Positions 23,597 through 37,700 of a stretch of 64,000 nucleotides of DNA are shown one piece after another (the stretch's first letter is position 1; each line of letters starts with the position of its first letter). This DNA comes from Patellaria atrata CBS 101060 (Eukaryota). The stretch covers positions 828,004-892,003 of the forward strand of contig MU006096.1 in NCBI GenBank assembly GCA_010093705.1. The letters are read 5' to 3'. The position numbers and the translations under genes were made by a program. The notes beneath the pieces are model-generated. The model searched no databases, had not been told where the DNA came from, and saw only the letters and a list, made by a program, of their open reading frames with translations.

Positions 23597-24736
23597 ATGT
23601 TCAGTCGACTCAACCAACTGGCACGACACCTTTCGCGCCCAATACCAAACTATACGTACCGCTCTGCAGCGGCGGTGGCGCCTCGGCCCGGGTTCACGAG
23701 CGGTTCTGGTGCGGCGTCTTCAACGTCACTGGGGCCCATCATGGAGGGGAAGAGACCGATACATACGGCGGGGTGCATCATCATTGGGGACGAGGTACTG
23801 GGAGGGAAGGTGAGAGAGACATCCTTTGCGCGCGCCTGGATGATGTGGGAATACATTGAAATGGGAAGCTGATGATGCGGTGCAGACCGTAGACACGAAT
23901 TCTGCCTACTTTGCAAAGTTCTGCTTCTCGCTGGGAATCAATTTGAAGAGGATAGAAGTCATAGCCGATGATGAAGAAGAGATTGTGGAGACGGCACAGA
24001 GGATGAGTAGAAATTATGACTTTGTGGTTACATCAGGCGGTATAGGGCCAACGTGCGTGGCCATTGGTATTACGGTGAACCAGAATCGCTGACATGGATG
24101 TGCTGCAGACACGATGATATAACATATCAATCGATAGCGAAAGCGTTTAACCTACCCTTAATATTACATGGAGAAGCATTTTCGCGGATGAAAAGATTAT
24201 CAAAACCACATCCTTCACAGCCAAACTTCGATTGGAAGAAAAACTCTCCATCACTGGAAGCAAAGAAAAGGATGATAAGATTACCTTTGGATGAATCAAA
24301 GAATATGGATGACCAGGTTATTTTCGTGAGCGACAAGCTGTGGGTACCTATCTGCGTCGTCAATGAAAATATTCATATCCTACCTGGTGTCCCGAGACTA
24401 TTCGAGCAAATGCTTGACGGCTTGAAGCCGAGATTACTACCCCGATTGAACGATCCGGAAGGTAAAGGCGTTTATCGGATCCTATTCTCAACGCCGATGG
24501 CAGAGAGTGCAGTAGCAGGCTATTTGACAGAGCTCGCGGCAAAAGTAGAAGCCAAAGGTGTAAAAGTAGGCAGTTATCCAAGGTGGGGGAAATCTCATAA
24601 TACGGTGACACTCGTCGGCCGCGATAAGGAGTTCATGGACAACTTGATACCAGAAGTCGAGCAGGCCGTTGGAGGTCGCCGGGTTCTCGCTGAGGGGGAG
24701 GACGATACAGACATAGAGTCCGACAAAGATAGCTAG
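23597..24736 (+). CDS. Molybdopterin-binding (MoCF/CinA-like) domain protein
   Basis: IIIGDEVLGGKTVDTNS, VVTSGGIGPTHDDIT, ILPGVP; introns 23810-23885 and 24053-24108; N-terminus resembles a mitochondrial presequence. Confidence 0.9.
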
Positions 24737-26510
24737 CGAATACCTCTAGCAATAATTGCCTCAAGATTGAGTGCTTGTACAATACAAGTACTCGTACAAG
24801 ATGCAATCGCCAGGATGGTGTTTTCTCGTTGATAAGATTTTCGAATTTTTGACAAACACTTTTGTGACTCGCTGAACTGGGGGGTAATTTTCAGCGTAGG
24901 GCTGGAATTGGAGTGCGGGCGCCGATTCTTTAGGCTAAGCTTAGCGGTGCAGCTCGCAATAACCGCCTCTCAGACGTTTGGATGGGCAATCGGGCATCCT
25001 CGCGGGAAAGGAGAGAGGGGACGTGAGGGGAGTACTAATTCTTGAACACTACTACTGTTGTCCGAGGGTTTAGTTTTACTTCGTCTCTTTTTCTCTTCGG
25101 ACGGGAACAGCTGATGTTAGGTTGTCGCGCCAGCACAGTAGTACAGTAGTTATCGTGTGGGTACCTTATCCTCCACCTGCAATACTGTACCTTTAGCATT
25201 CGTTTCGCGCTCCCCGCTTTAAGGCCCTGGAGCCGCTCGAGAATTGTCGCAAGTTCGCAACACGACAGCGTGGGTGGACAGGGTTGGGCCGGGATGGGAG
25301 GCTCGATCAAAGTTGCAGCTTCGCTTGCATGCATGCTCCGTCGATAACATGACTTTGGCACTTGCAACCTCACGCGAAGACTAGAAAGAGATAGACGAAG
25401 AAAAAGGAACGTCGTCGAGACGCGTACCGTTCAGTATATCAAGAGACATCACGTCTCTTCCTCGCCGGATGCCGATATCAAATAGAACGGTGACTTTTCC
25501 CTCTGGAAATATACCATTTTGCCCCTCAACTCATAACGCAGGACACCATTTCTCCCGCAACCACTCAGATTGTGTCTTTGATACCTTGTAATCGCCAATC
25601 AAAACCCTCTTTGCCGACCTTCCGCTACTGGCTCTCATCATGCCAGTCTGCGAGGGACTCAGGAGAGGAGATGGGATTTCATGCAGCAGCAGGGCGGGCC
25701 GGGTCACTGCGTCCGCAAATCAGCACCAGTGACTACCTTACTACAGTACTGGTGATGGCGGGCGGGAGTGTGGTGACTTCTCTTTGGTGCAGACCTCTTT
25801 TTGTGATGCTCACCGAGGCGCCCGTGTTCACCACAACTCGTCTTTCCGAGCTCGTAGTGGGGAAGAGACACTTCATGTTCATCTTCTGACTGGATTGACC
25901 ATGAGCAATCGATGCGGATGAGGAGACAACTGCTCAGGCCATCACATTGCAGTTGTAATCGCGCTATCCTTCTCTTTGCCATGCACGTTGCTCCAATACC
26001 GTAGCTACTAAACATAGGGCTATCTGGGGATATGGCATATCCATACATATCTTCGGCGGCATAAGTTCTCTCACCGTAGCAGCAAAGATAGAAGTATGGT
26101 ATGAGGGGGGGAGCCAGGGGTCATTCCTTGGATTTATGGAATGACAGACGACATAACAGCTAGTGTTTACAAAGTCATACCGGTATCTGGTAGTAGGTGA
26201 GTGTATTGTATGATGTATGATGTACTATACTTTTTGACAGAAAGTTAACTTGGTGATGCAAAGTTAAAAGGGTCCGTGGGGAGTTCAGCCGTGTTGGATG
26301 GCCAGTTCATAGGCTTTCCGTAGTAACAAAAAGCAAGGCTGTCACTAGAAGATGGTGCACCTTTCCTGCTACAGTACAACTAAACCCCCAGAGAGCTGAG
26401 GACCCCCCAGCGGTACCCCCCTCTCCCCCTTCAAGGCCCGCCAGTAGGTACTAGTAGACTGAAGAGTACCTACCCAGGCCTGAAAGACAGGAGCCCCCCC
26501 CTCCCCCAGC

Positions 26511-26538
26511 CATAGCGGCCACAGCGGCCACAGCGGCC
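26511..26538. repeat. 9-bp tandem repeat (CACAGCGGC-like x3) upstream of ras
   Basis: catagcggc cacagcggc cacagcggc. Confidence 0.8.
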
Positions 26539-27019
26539 AACCCCCCCCATTCGCACCCACTACTGCCGCCAAGTCGAGCTTGAACTAACCCCAAAGAGCA
26601 CTCTGGAAGCATAGCGCTCATAGCGGGTGCACCACTCAAGGAAACAATTGAACGAACGGAGCGATTCGTGAAAAAGCACAAGCTTCGTCTACATTCATGG
26701 GCTCATGGCCACCAACCTAACTGTTCCTCTCATTCTTTGACTCTTCTTCTACCTCCCTACATCAACAAAGTTTCCGTACGGGTATTCTCTCATACTTCTG
26801 AAAACCTTCATTATTGCCTAATTCACTTGCCCTCCGATCACTTCCTCAATTGATCAAAGCCCGTTCGTTGATCCTGCACTGTTCCGTTCCATCGTTCCAT
26901 CTGAAAGACCCCGTTGCTGCGGTTGAAGCTCCTCCTCTCGGAACCTTAGCGAGCAAGCAATCGACCTTTGGATTCTTTTCCACCCTTTTCTTCTCTTTCG
27001 CTCATAACTGTAGACGAAG

Positions 27020-27891
27020 ATGGCATCAAAGGTATGTCATTCATTTACACTGTAGGCTTAGCCTGTCACTGATTTCAACTCCCCCAACAGTTCTTACGAG
27101 AGTATAAGCTTGTGGTTGTCGGAGGAGGTGGTGTTGGGAAATCCTGTTTGACAATTCAACTCATCCAGAGCCACTTCGTTGATGAATATGATCCTACGAT
27201 CGAAGGTATGCCTGGACTTCCCGAGTGTGCAGGATTCAGCTGACCAGTCGCCTACCAACAGACTCATATCGCAAGCAATGTGTGATCGACGACGAGGTCG
27301 CATTGCTCGACGTACTAGATACAGCAGGTCAAGAGGAATATTCTGCGATGCGAGAACAGTACATGAGGACAGGTGAAGGGTTTCTACTCGTCTACTCGAT
27401 CACATCCAGGCAGTCATTTGAGGAAATCATGACCTTCCAACAACAGATTCTTAGGGTCAAGGACAAGGACTATTTCCCGATTATAGTGGTTGGAAACAAG
27501 TGCGATCTGGAATCCGAGAGACAGGTATCGACTCAAGGTGCGTTATCTTTTTTTCCGCCACTGCATCCATCATGGTGTTCCTGCATTATCTTCACTTTGC
27601 TTTTTCACCATTGCCAGTCCGAACACCAAAAGTCACTAACTTTATTTCCGCTTTTTAGAGGGTAAACGACTAGCTGAGAGTTTCGGATGCAAGTTCATCG
27701 AAACGTCCGCTAAATCCCGTATCAACGTCGATAACGCTTTCTTTGATATCGTCCGCGAAATCAGACGGTATAACAAGGAGATGTCCGCTTATCAACCCGG
27801 AGCTGCCAATCACGGTCAAAGACCTCAGGAAAAGATCGATATGGAAGGTTCAGATAAGAAGAGGGGATGCTGCGGTTGCGTAGTGATGTAG
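27020..27891 (+). CDS. ras1: Ras small GTPase (Ras1/RasA)
   Basis: [47 protein letters not shown]-terminal [12 protein letters not shown] box; introns 27032-27090, 27206-27261, 27538-27658. Confidence 0.98.
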
Positions 27892-30040
27892 TTGCGGTTG
27901 CCTGAAGTAGTTACATATCTGAAAGGAGCAATGGTCATAATCGTTGGGCAGGAAAATCACTCAAAATCACAACACCTGGAAGGTGGTAAAAGTCCGGGAT
28001 CACATTCAAAGGAAGAATTGGGAGGAAGAAGCTCGCCATATGGTATTTATGGCTCTTTAAAGCACGCGTGGAGGAAGCGCTCATGCTACAGGTCAAACCT
28101 CTGATCTCTGCTCGTCAGAATTGGGGATTTATACGCACACTCTGGCTTCTATCTCGTGCGCATTTCCTTTTTTTTCAGTCCATTCTGTCTTGTTCACTGG
28201 TTTCAAGATTGGAGAAATGGTGTTCAGTCATGGTAGTCGTCGTGGGTTTGCTTTGTTGATGCTCATACTACTGGTATTGCAATCTATTTACTCTCTTCAA
28301 AATTCACTCCTCTATCAAGGATTCGTCTCCTGCTCTGTCGTTCTATCATCTCCTATCCTACTTTGGATCCATTAAACAGTGCGCAGTAGTCAATCCCTTT
28401 TCACCGGTCGATCTCTCTTGCTTCCCTCGAACCGGATCTTCAACACCTCCCTCTTTCGTCTTCCAACAATTTAGACCCCGGAACCTTGCCGCACATTATT
28501 TTCGACCCGGCCTGCCGCGAACTTTTACTGTAACACTTTTCCGCCTCCGCACCATGAAACACCCCAAAACGCAAAAGGTTCGTTAAGCGAGGCGATCGAA
28601 ACAAGCCCTATCTGGTAGTTTTTGAATTTACCCCAGGTTTCGAAACGCTGGAACCCGGCTGTTTCAGCATTTGCTCCTTTTGGGATTCAACTTTACTGCT
28701 TTGCAATAATAAAGAAGTTATACATTATTATTGCTGCGGTAGCATTAGAAAGGACCAGGATGTCATGAGTGCCGGCACTAGAGAGAACACCGAGATGGTA
28801 TAGTATCTTCTAGAGCTGACTTCCGCTAACACAGGTACCATACCTCGACAACCTCCTCTCTCACATAATGCACAACACAACCACAACAGAAAGAAAAAAA
28901 ACCCACAATTGAAAAGAAATGTATCCGCTGCACCCGCACCTGCGCGCGGCGAGGCACACGACACCGAAACCGAAACTCAAGCGAGCCGGCCAAGGGGAAT
29001 CGCAGATATCAGCCCTACGGTTGGTTCGAATGACGTCGTGGCTCTTTGCTTACCTTTTCCAGTCGTTTCAGGACGTGTTTGCCGAGGTGTGGTGTGGTAA
29101 GAGGGGCGATGCAGGTGAGACGGGTGAGACGGGTTGGCCCGTTCGGTCCGGTTGCGGAGTGGAACCTAGGTTTAGTACTACGGTGCGGCTGCGGCGCGGG
29201 GAATTGAGATGGATGTGTATGGGGGATTATGGGGGGGTTCTGGGGGGTTGGGTTCGTCTTTGGTAGTTGGGGACGTGGTTGGTGAGGGTTTTTGGCGAGG
29301 GGGTTTATTCCGCAGTGGAAGTCGATACGTACAGATACTGTTGTAGACCATTATATACGTAGGTTCTTCGAGTTCTTAGTTAGAGAAACTCCATATCTTC
29401 CCTTGCTGCTTCATTCATATTCATGTCTATGTAGTTTTATTACCCTTACCGCACCGGGCACCACTATCAAGATGTATGCTAAGTGGAGTAACTGACTATA
29501 TCTCCTTTTCATCCGACGATTTTTAAACCTGAGTAAGGTAATCGAATGTCTGTCTAAGGTATAATGACACGGTAAACCTACCTACCTACACACATAAGAT
29601 ACCACGACTCTCAGCCACGCGGTCGTAACTTCCATATCAAGGGGTAGAAGGGATATTGTAAATCGAAAAGAATAACAAAACCTCTCCCCTCCCCAAAACA
29701 AAAGGAAGACGTTGAAGAAAAGAGTAGAAAATAAAAGAGGGGGCTAAATAGTCCCCATGCTCCCCAAGAAGGCGTGGTACATCTGTGGATTTTGATGTGA
29801 ATGGGGAAGCGCCAGGAAGGTACAAGGGCGTGTGGTGTGCTATAAGGAGTGAGGTGAGTAATTTACAGTACAGGCAGTCAGGACAACATCGATGTGTACT
29901 GAAAGGGACGGAGAGAAAGGACAGATGGGCTGTGATATGTGATACTTTCGATATGTGCGGTCATTAGACATTGCATGTATTAGTATATTCTGGGCTTCAG
30001 TCTTCGAACCTATCGAGTCCACATGCGACAGATGCCTCAT

Positions 30041-31641
30041 TCAAGTGGCTAACACCTGTTCTTTGCTCGCATTATCTCCATCTCTGCGCTCGGATTCCTC
30101 ACCGGGCATTACCTCATCCAAGCTCATTCTCCCCATCCCCTCAATACTCTCCTCAATAGCAGGCTCCTCCCTCTCGCTCATCTTCTCCCTCAACTCTGCT
30201 TGCAATCTCTCCCTCTCCGCGCCCTCTCTGACCTCCCGCTCCTTCCTCTCCAACTCCTCCAACCTTACCCTCGTCCTCTCCGCTTCTAGCCTCTCCCTCC
30301 TTTCTCTCTCCGCTCTCTCTCTCCTCTCCACCCTCTCCCTCTCCTCGCGCTCCAAAGCCTCAAACTCCTCTTCCACCTCCCCTTCATCCACCACACCCGC
30401 CGTCGCCCCCTCGCCAACAACCGCACTAACCTCCTCGACCGTCTCCATCTGCTCCCTCAACTTCTCAGCCACGTCCTCCGCACCCTCGACACCCCCGACC
30501 TTGCGATTCAGCTCAGCGAGGACCTTCGTCGAGGCCTCCATTGCTGAAACGACTTCGACGTTCGATGCTGCGGCTTCGATGCGGGCGAAGACTTCTTCGA
30601 GCTGGTGCAGAGTCGCGATACGCTGGGACAGGGTGGCGTCGACGAGTTTTTTGCTCCGTAGCGCTGCGCGGGCGGTCGTGGTATCCCTTCTCACGACGGC
30701 TTCACGGGCGGTGCGGTCGTGCTTTTCCACCGTGGAGATTAGGCGGGGGATTTGTGCTGAGAGGTCCTGGATGAGTGCGCGGAGGTTTGCGATCGAGGTG
30801 TCGGATTCGGTGATCGGGGTGGGTGGGTCGTCGCTATGGGGCGAGGCGAATTTAATAGTGTGCTTATTATGAGAGACGAGATGACGGTCGCGGGAGAGGT
30901 ATGTGAGGAGGATGGAGAGGTCGGTTTGGGAGAGCGGATGGGCGAAGATGTGGGAGAATTCGGAAGCGAAGGTGCGAGGGGTGAAGAGAAGATCTGGGTA
31001 TGAGGTTTTGGCGAACACGGTTGTGATTATCTCCCTGGTTACTTCTTCCAAGTTTGCGACGACAACCAAGGTCCCGGCGGCGAGTTTGTTATTGGTATTG
31101 CTTGCGTCACCTAGTACACCCAGTTGACGCAACGACCACACTATTACAGAGAAGGGGGATATGCTCCAGCCATCGTGGTAGATGCTCGTTTTCGTAGAGA
31201 GAAAGTCGTTCAAGGGGATCATCTCCTTTTTGGCTACTGCATCTTGCTATACAACATCAGCCTCCAGTGGGAGAGCTGCAACGTGAGAATGACGTACTAT
31301 CACAGCTCCAAGGGCCAAAGGTCGACCCAGATTTGTAGTCTCCAATGCTCTCGCTAGTTCTTCTCCTGTTCCAATCACGAAGAGATCATTCATAACTCCG
31401 CCTTTCGAAGGTATCAGCCCGGCGCTCGAAGCTTTTGTGATAGCTCTCTTCCAGGCTGAAATGTTCGCCTGGTAGCCATCGGGATTAGTGGTGCGGTAAA
31501 CGCTGAAGTCAGAGTAGAGAGAGTCGAGGCGATATTTACTACACTTGAAGTTAGCAGCTGATGTATGGCGATAAGAAGCGATGTGCGGTACCTTCTGAAG
31601 GCCTCTTCGTTGTCGTAAATGAAGTTAAGGAGCTCTCTCAT
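30041..31641 (-). CDS. CHMP7: CHMP7/Cmp7-like ESCRT-II/III hybrid protein (Snf7 family)
   Basis: N-terminal RLDSLYSDF...NPDGYQANISAW; C-terminal Snf7 core ARAALRSKKL...IEAAASNVEVVSAME; introns 31591-31539 and 31297-31247. Confidence 0.85.
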
Positions 31642-32062
31642 GATGGTCGAAGCTGCATAGAGAGACTGCAACGTGTATGAAGGGAAAGAAAGTAGGAGAA
31701 TTTGTGCAGAAGTTCAGTACAGTAGTCGGCTTCACAAGGTTTGATGTTTAGAGGTGAGGTCAGTGATGCCAATGGCGAGTCATGTCACATCACAACAAGG
31801 CTGAAACGACAACAATTTTCATGTGAAAATAAGCAAACACTTATACAAACATCTTCAAAAGTTTCGTATATTGGTATCAATATAAACAAAAAGTCATTAT
31901 TGTGTCTCTAGCATCAAAGATGTCACGCTAGACAGAACGCCTGTCTTACACCCGTTAGAGTCATTATTTCTTCTACCATGCACGCCATCGTCAAGTGGTT
32001 GGATTAGATCAAGTGAATATCTTTCTTCTTGCGTTTCCATGGCCATTTGTCCCTTGACCCTT

Positions 32063-34461
32063 TCATTCAAAATTCTCATCCTTGAAGTTTTCATCTTTGA
32101 AAGCCGGCTCATCGTCATTAGTCCGCATGGGTGATAAGGCATTATTGTCCATCCCACCGAAAGGGGCCTGCCCACCTCCCAGTAAGCTCTTCCCGCGACG
32201 GCGAATGTTCATATTATCCCCAACTTCCTCAACAACTTCCTCCTCCTCTTCTTCCTCGACATCCTCCTCAGCTTCATCGTAACCTACTGCAGCACGCCTG
32301 CTTGCTGTGACGACTTCCCGGATGTCTTCTAGGAAAGCCTGGATCGCATCAAATGCTTTGACTCCGGAATCCGTAGCCTCAAGAGAGTTGTACTGCGCTG
32401 TTGCCTCGTTCAAGCAACGTTCTGCTTGCAAACTTTTGCCGAGCCGCAACCACTGGTCTGTAGCCATGACGTTCCAAAAAGCAGCCTTGCGTCGTCGGGA
32501 ACCCCAACCCATACTCCCTACGCCGGGACGGGATGAGTAGCAAGAACTCACGCGTTCCGTATATATCGGGAAGCCGATAGGGCCAACTAATCTGTTCTCG
32601 ATTATGCGAGTATTCCACTTTGCCGCTTGATCTGCGTTAGATGATCCTCTTATCCTGAGAAGCTCTGCTCCCAGGGTTAGCGCCCTAAGCGCGCTATAAG
32701 AGTCGCTACATCGTGTGGCATAAGAATAGTTCGCAGTTTCTAGCTGCTGATCTACATTTTCCACTTTACCTTTGGAAGAAGCGGACGGAGGAAGTAACAA
32801 CGAGCTTAAGGCCGTCATCTCATTCGCTCCAGCATAATGTTTCCATGCTTTATCGTTATTGAAATCAGTCCGTAACACGTCGTAAGTGCTTTGTGCTAGC
32901 TTGAAGTCTCGAAGCATGAACGCAAAGTCTCCTAGTCTTCTCATTATGGCCTCTGGAGTATCTGGGCGATAAAATCCATGTAAGGAATCATAGTTATTCC
33001 CCGTTGAACTTTGGCCTCCAACTGGGCTTGAAGAGTTTCTACTGCTAGATCCAAAAGGAGTCCATCGTTTAGAAAGAGACATGAATCGGCCGCTAATTCC
33101 CCGCCTCCTGGACGCAACCTGTTCATTCCATTGCGCGGATAAACGTTCCATCGTTGGTACGACTGACTGGACGACCAGCTCTCGTACAAAAGTCCTAATA
33201 GCTGTCATATCTGAGTCAATGAGACAAGGAGTGGGGTCTTCATCGTCTTCTGAATTTTCTATGTTCAGATCGACTTAGTACGTATCATTCAATTACCACA
33301 AGAACACTTACCGCGCTTTTGGATTTCCATTAACTCTTCGCCAGCAGATATCCACCCACACAACGGTAACTTTATACTATCATCATCAGTTGGCAAACAG
33401 CGAGTACTTTTTATTCGTAACAGATGACAATGGAGACCAAAGTGTCTTTTCATCTGTTCATAGAGTGTCTGCGACTGCGCAACGTCATCGTGATCCTCGT
33501 CGTGGACAAGAAGATAGTACCGTAGAAAGTCATTGCTAACCCACGGCGGCAACCTGAACTCACTATTCGTAGCTGTATATAATCGTCGAAGTTCCTCTAA
33601 AGCGTTTGGATTCCGCGAACTTATGGAAATCACACATGCGACAGGGTGAGAAAAGGTCTCATGAGGTGTAAGGGGTATACCGGAGAGAAGGCGTTTAACA
33701 TAATGGGTGAAGTAGGGTGATGCTGAGGATGACGGCTCTGGATCGGTTTGTTTACTGTTCAGGTAGTCTTCGGAGAAGGTTTGCGATTGGGATTCCGCAT
33801 AGCTAAGGTGGCGATCCACAACTTCTTCAACGTGACTTATGTCCCCACCCAATCGCGATAACGGGGATAAAACTTTCTGCGGCGGTTCCACAATACCATT
33901 GACAGTTGAAGGTCTTCGTTCAGTGCTTCGCCTGGGCGGCGATTTTAATATATTCAAGCTATCCCTTAGCCCTATGAACCGTACGCCATAATCATCAAAG
34001 CTCTTGCTTGCTCCTATACTATCCCTGATTGTAACTTTCCCGTGTATATTGTCCCCAAATGGTCTTAGTAGCTCTGCTAATCCGCCTTGAATACCCTTCT
34101 CTTGCATCAATTCCTCGGTATCACTTGAGGGAAGGACGTAGATAGTCGGGACAAGTGCACGCTGTACAAGGTTCCGGGGATCATCTGGGCTAGTGGAAGC
34201 TGGCGGACCTGGCGAGGCAGTTCTTCTAATACTGCCAGGTGGAAATATGGAAGAGGCTGTAAGTGTAGAGGTTGATGAATCTGAAGCAGGCCTTGGAAGA
34301 GTTGTGGAAGCGTACAGAGTGTCCAGCGATGGACTTGACCCTCGACGTCCAAGATTGATAGTAGAGCTTATAAGATCTTGCTTTCTTTTCGGCAGTATTA
34401 TCGACGAATCTGGATCTGAATAAGTTGGTGATTTAAGAGACGAAGCATCTTGAGAAGTCAT
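32063..34461 (-). CDS. TRS85: TRAPP III subunit Trs85/TRAPPC8
   Basis: PHETFSHPVACVISISS, LRYYLLVHDE, MKRHFGLHCHLLRI, RRLGDFAFMLRDF, DFNNDKAWKHYAGANEM; intron 33311-33259. Confidence 0.92.
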
Positions 34462-34787
34462 CAGGGCCTCCTCCGGCCGCAGCTCGGGTGCTGTAGGGTA
34501 TGCGCCGCCTCCTCGAATATCATGGATCGCCGGATAGATTGGTGAGGTATCCTTACACTCAATATTATCCAGAATGTGGGTCAGATGCGTGGTGTTATGC
34601 GATTGAGAATGTAGAGATATACGTAGTTTTTTGTTTGCGGCTTGCCCTCACATCGCAGGCCAAGGGGAGCCGCGGCGATGATCTGGTTCCGCATCCGAAC
34701 TTTTTGATATTTACAAACAAATCTACAAAAGTACAATCAGTATCATCGAGCAAAGGATAAAAGAGCAGCTTCTCATCAAACAGTTGA

Positions 34788-37700
34788 ATGACTCTAAATC
34801 ATCGAACTTTGTTGCAGAGAAGTTCATACAGGCTTTTCCTTCGCCCTGTCACTGTACCTGCTCCTTGGTCACCAAAAGCCTCGTCCGTTGACATTCTCAT
34901 TCGCCCTATCGAACGTCTAACCCTTCACCAAAGTCGGAACATTTCCAAAGCAAATGCGTCCTTCTCTTCAAAACTTGTGTTATCGTCTAATGGATCTTCG
35001 ATAAGACTGTGCCTCCGCTGTATGAATTCTGAACCTAAGGAACCAAGCCCCAAGAGGCGACGATTGCACACAGAGGCATTGACTGAAGAGCCTCATCAGT
35101 CACTGGACGAAGATACAATGTCTCCAGTACCTAGAGAAATCAAGCTAACTGCTACCGAGGAGAGGTTAAAACGTCTACTACTTGATGTTGCCGCTTACAT
35201 CGATGCTAATCCTACCTCAGCTTCTGTCGATGCACAGCTCCAGATCCCCAGCGAGCTCAACAGCTCGAAAGTAGAGCTACGATTTGCTGGGGGATGGGTG
35301 CGAGACAAATTACTGGGGGTGGGAAGCGTCGACATTGATGTTGCGATCAACAACATGACTGGCGAGCAATTCGCCTTGAGGATGAAAGAGTATATGGACA
35401 TCCCAGGTAACGCTGAGAAGTATAATCTTGAAGGTATCGGCACCTCTGATGACGCTGGCATGACCCAACAGAGTAAGTTTGTTGGTGGTCTTCATAAGAT
35501 CAAAGTGAACCCAGAGAAATCAAAGAATCTGGAAACTATCACGACAAAGATCTTTGGACTCGATATAGACCTTGTTAATCTCCGTAAGGAAACATATACT
35601 GAAGAGAGTCGTAATCCCCAAATGGAATTTGGAACGCCGGAAGAAGATGCATTACGACGCGATGCAACCATCAATGCCTTATTTTATAACCTGAACATCT
35701 CCACTGTCGAGGACTTTACTGAGCATGGCTTAAAAGATATGGAGCTAAAGATTATTCGGACGCCATTGGAACCCTATCAGACGTTCAAGGACGACCCACT
35801 ACGTGTGCTTAGACTTATACGATTCTCAAGTCGACTAGGTTATACGATTGACCCTCAGACCGAAGAAGCTATGGCCAATGAGGATATCAAGACTGCTTTG
35901 AAGTTGAAGATTACCCGAGAAAGGGTTGGCGTAGAACTTGAGAAGATGCTTCGTGGCCCTGATCCGTATGGGGCGTTGTCTCTCATTGATCGACTTGGGC
36001 TTTACGAAGTCATTTTTACGGACCCTACTCCCGAAGAAATTACTATCTCCCCAGAGACGACACGCTTCTCTGAAGCATATGCTGTGGCACAGGGACTGAA
36101 CCGACCCAGAGAGCCCTCTGGCCCACCTAAGGGGTTTGGGCCTCTTACCACCATCTCCTCAATCTTAGTCCGCGATAAAGAGGACTCTTACCTTACCTGG
36201 GTTCTGTCTGCTCTAGTTCCCTGGGCCGACGCTCCCAGACAAAATTTGAAACCAGGCAAATTAGCACCCCCGTTCGCTGTAGTGGCTGCACGAGAGGGAT
36301 TCAAAGCGCCTAATAAGGTTTGCGATGTCATTAGCTCTGCGATTAATAATCTTGAGGAAATCAGAGATTTAAAAGATAGGACATCAAAGATCGAGTTAAC
36401 CTACGGTAACGAATATGATCAGGAGAGAGTCGGTAGGGATGTCCTTGGTATGGCAGTCAGAAGATGGGGACCAACATGGCGTAATCAAGTCACTTTCGCC
36501 CTGATCTATGAACTTACCACTCCTGCGGATTTGGTAACCGAAGGCTTCGAAGAACGTATGTGTTTTCCTGCTTTCTGCACTATGGTTAAGCTAATACCAA
36601 ATAGGCACCTACAAGGGATATGCGTCTTTCCTCGCTCGTATTAAGGACCTTGATCTTTTAGAAGCATACAATTTCAAACATCTAGTCGATGGCAAACAGC
36701 TCGCATCTGCTCTCGGCATCCCCCCTGGCCCTTGGATGAAAAAGACTCTCGATCTGGTCATGTCATGGCAGTTGGCGCATCCCGAAGTCACTGATCCGGC
36801 CGCCGTCTTAGAGGAAATGAAAGCTCAACGTGACAGCGGTTCGCTGAATCTAAACGTGCCCCCGACTAAGGAGAAGAAAGATGGTCAAAAGGAGAAGGGT
36901 GCGAAGAAGGGTGAGCTAGCCCCTTATCTTGCCCTAAAGCTCCTCCACCTAACCGTCCGTCCCGCATTCCAGAAAAGCGGCCTCAGATCTGAGATCACCA
37001 AGCACGGTCGTCTAGACAAGCGCAGAAAACCGGGGATAAGGAAATATGAAGGGATAATGGAAGACGAAACTGAGAAAAAGCCATGGAAATCAACCGAGAA
37101 TAGATATATCCTCTCTATCTTGGACTGGTCCCTTCATGTGCTCTCCCCCGCCGAACTCGATGAAGCATGGCCCCTTCTCGTACCCCCAATCCTCAACATC
37201 CTCGATGACCACGATCCCGTGTATAAAGCTCGTGGCGCCGTCTTCCTTAATCTGCTCCTTAACATGACACCCCCATCCCTCCTCACCCGCACCGGTCTCG
37301 GCGAGGTCTTTGCAGACGCCCTTATCCCCCTATTCACATACCTTCCCTCCCTAACCCCCGAATCCCAATCCATCGAAGTCCTCAACGCCGCCTTCCCGGC
37401 CCTCCTCACCCTTTCTCGTCTCCGCTACCCCCGCACCATAGCCAAATTCCTCGACACTACGAACAAAGACCGCGAAAAGTTTCTCCATGTCATCATGCGC
37501 CGCGGTATCCTTTCCCCGCACGCTCATTGCAGGGATAATGTCAGGATCGCAGAAACGCTCCTTGACAATCTCCCTCCCTTGTTGCAGGAAATGGGCATCC
37601 TCAGCGTCAAACACCTCAAATCCACTCTGCCCATCTTGAGTACCACCCTCGCTGATCCGCTGGGGCCGGCGTATCCGCCCCTTCTTATCTCGGCCGCTAG

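Noticed and set aside
29955..30872. 305-aa Ser/Leu-rich + strand ORF
   Set aside because: Antisense shadow of the CHMP7 Glu/Arg-rich tail.
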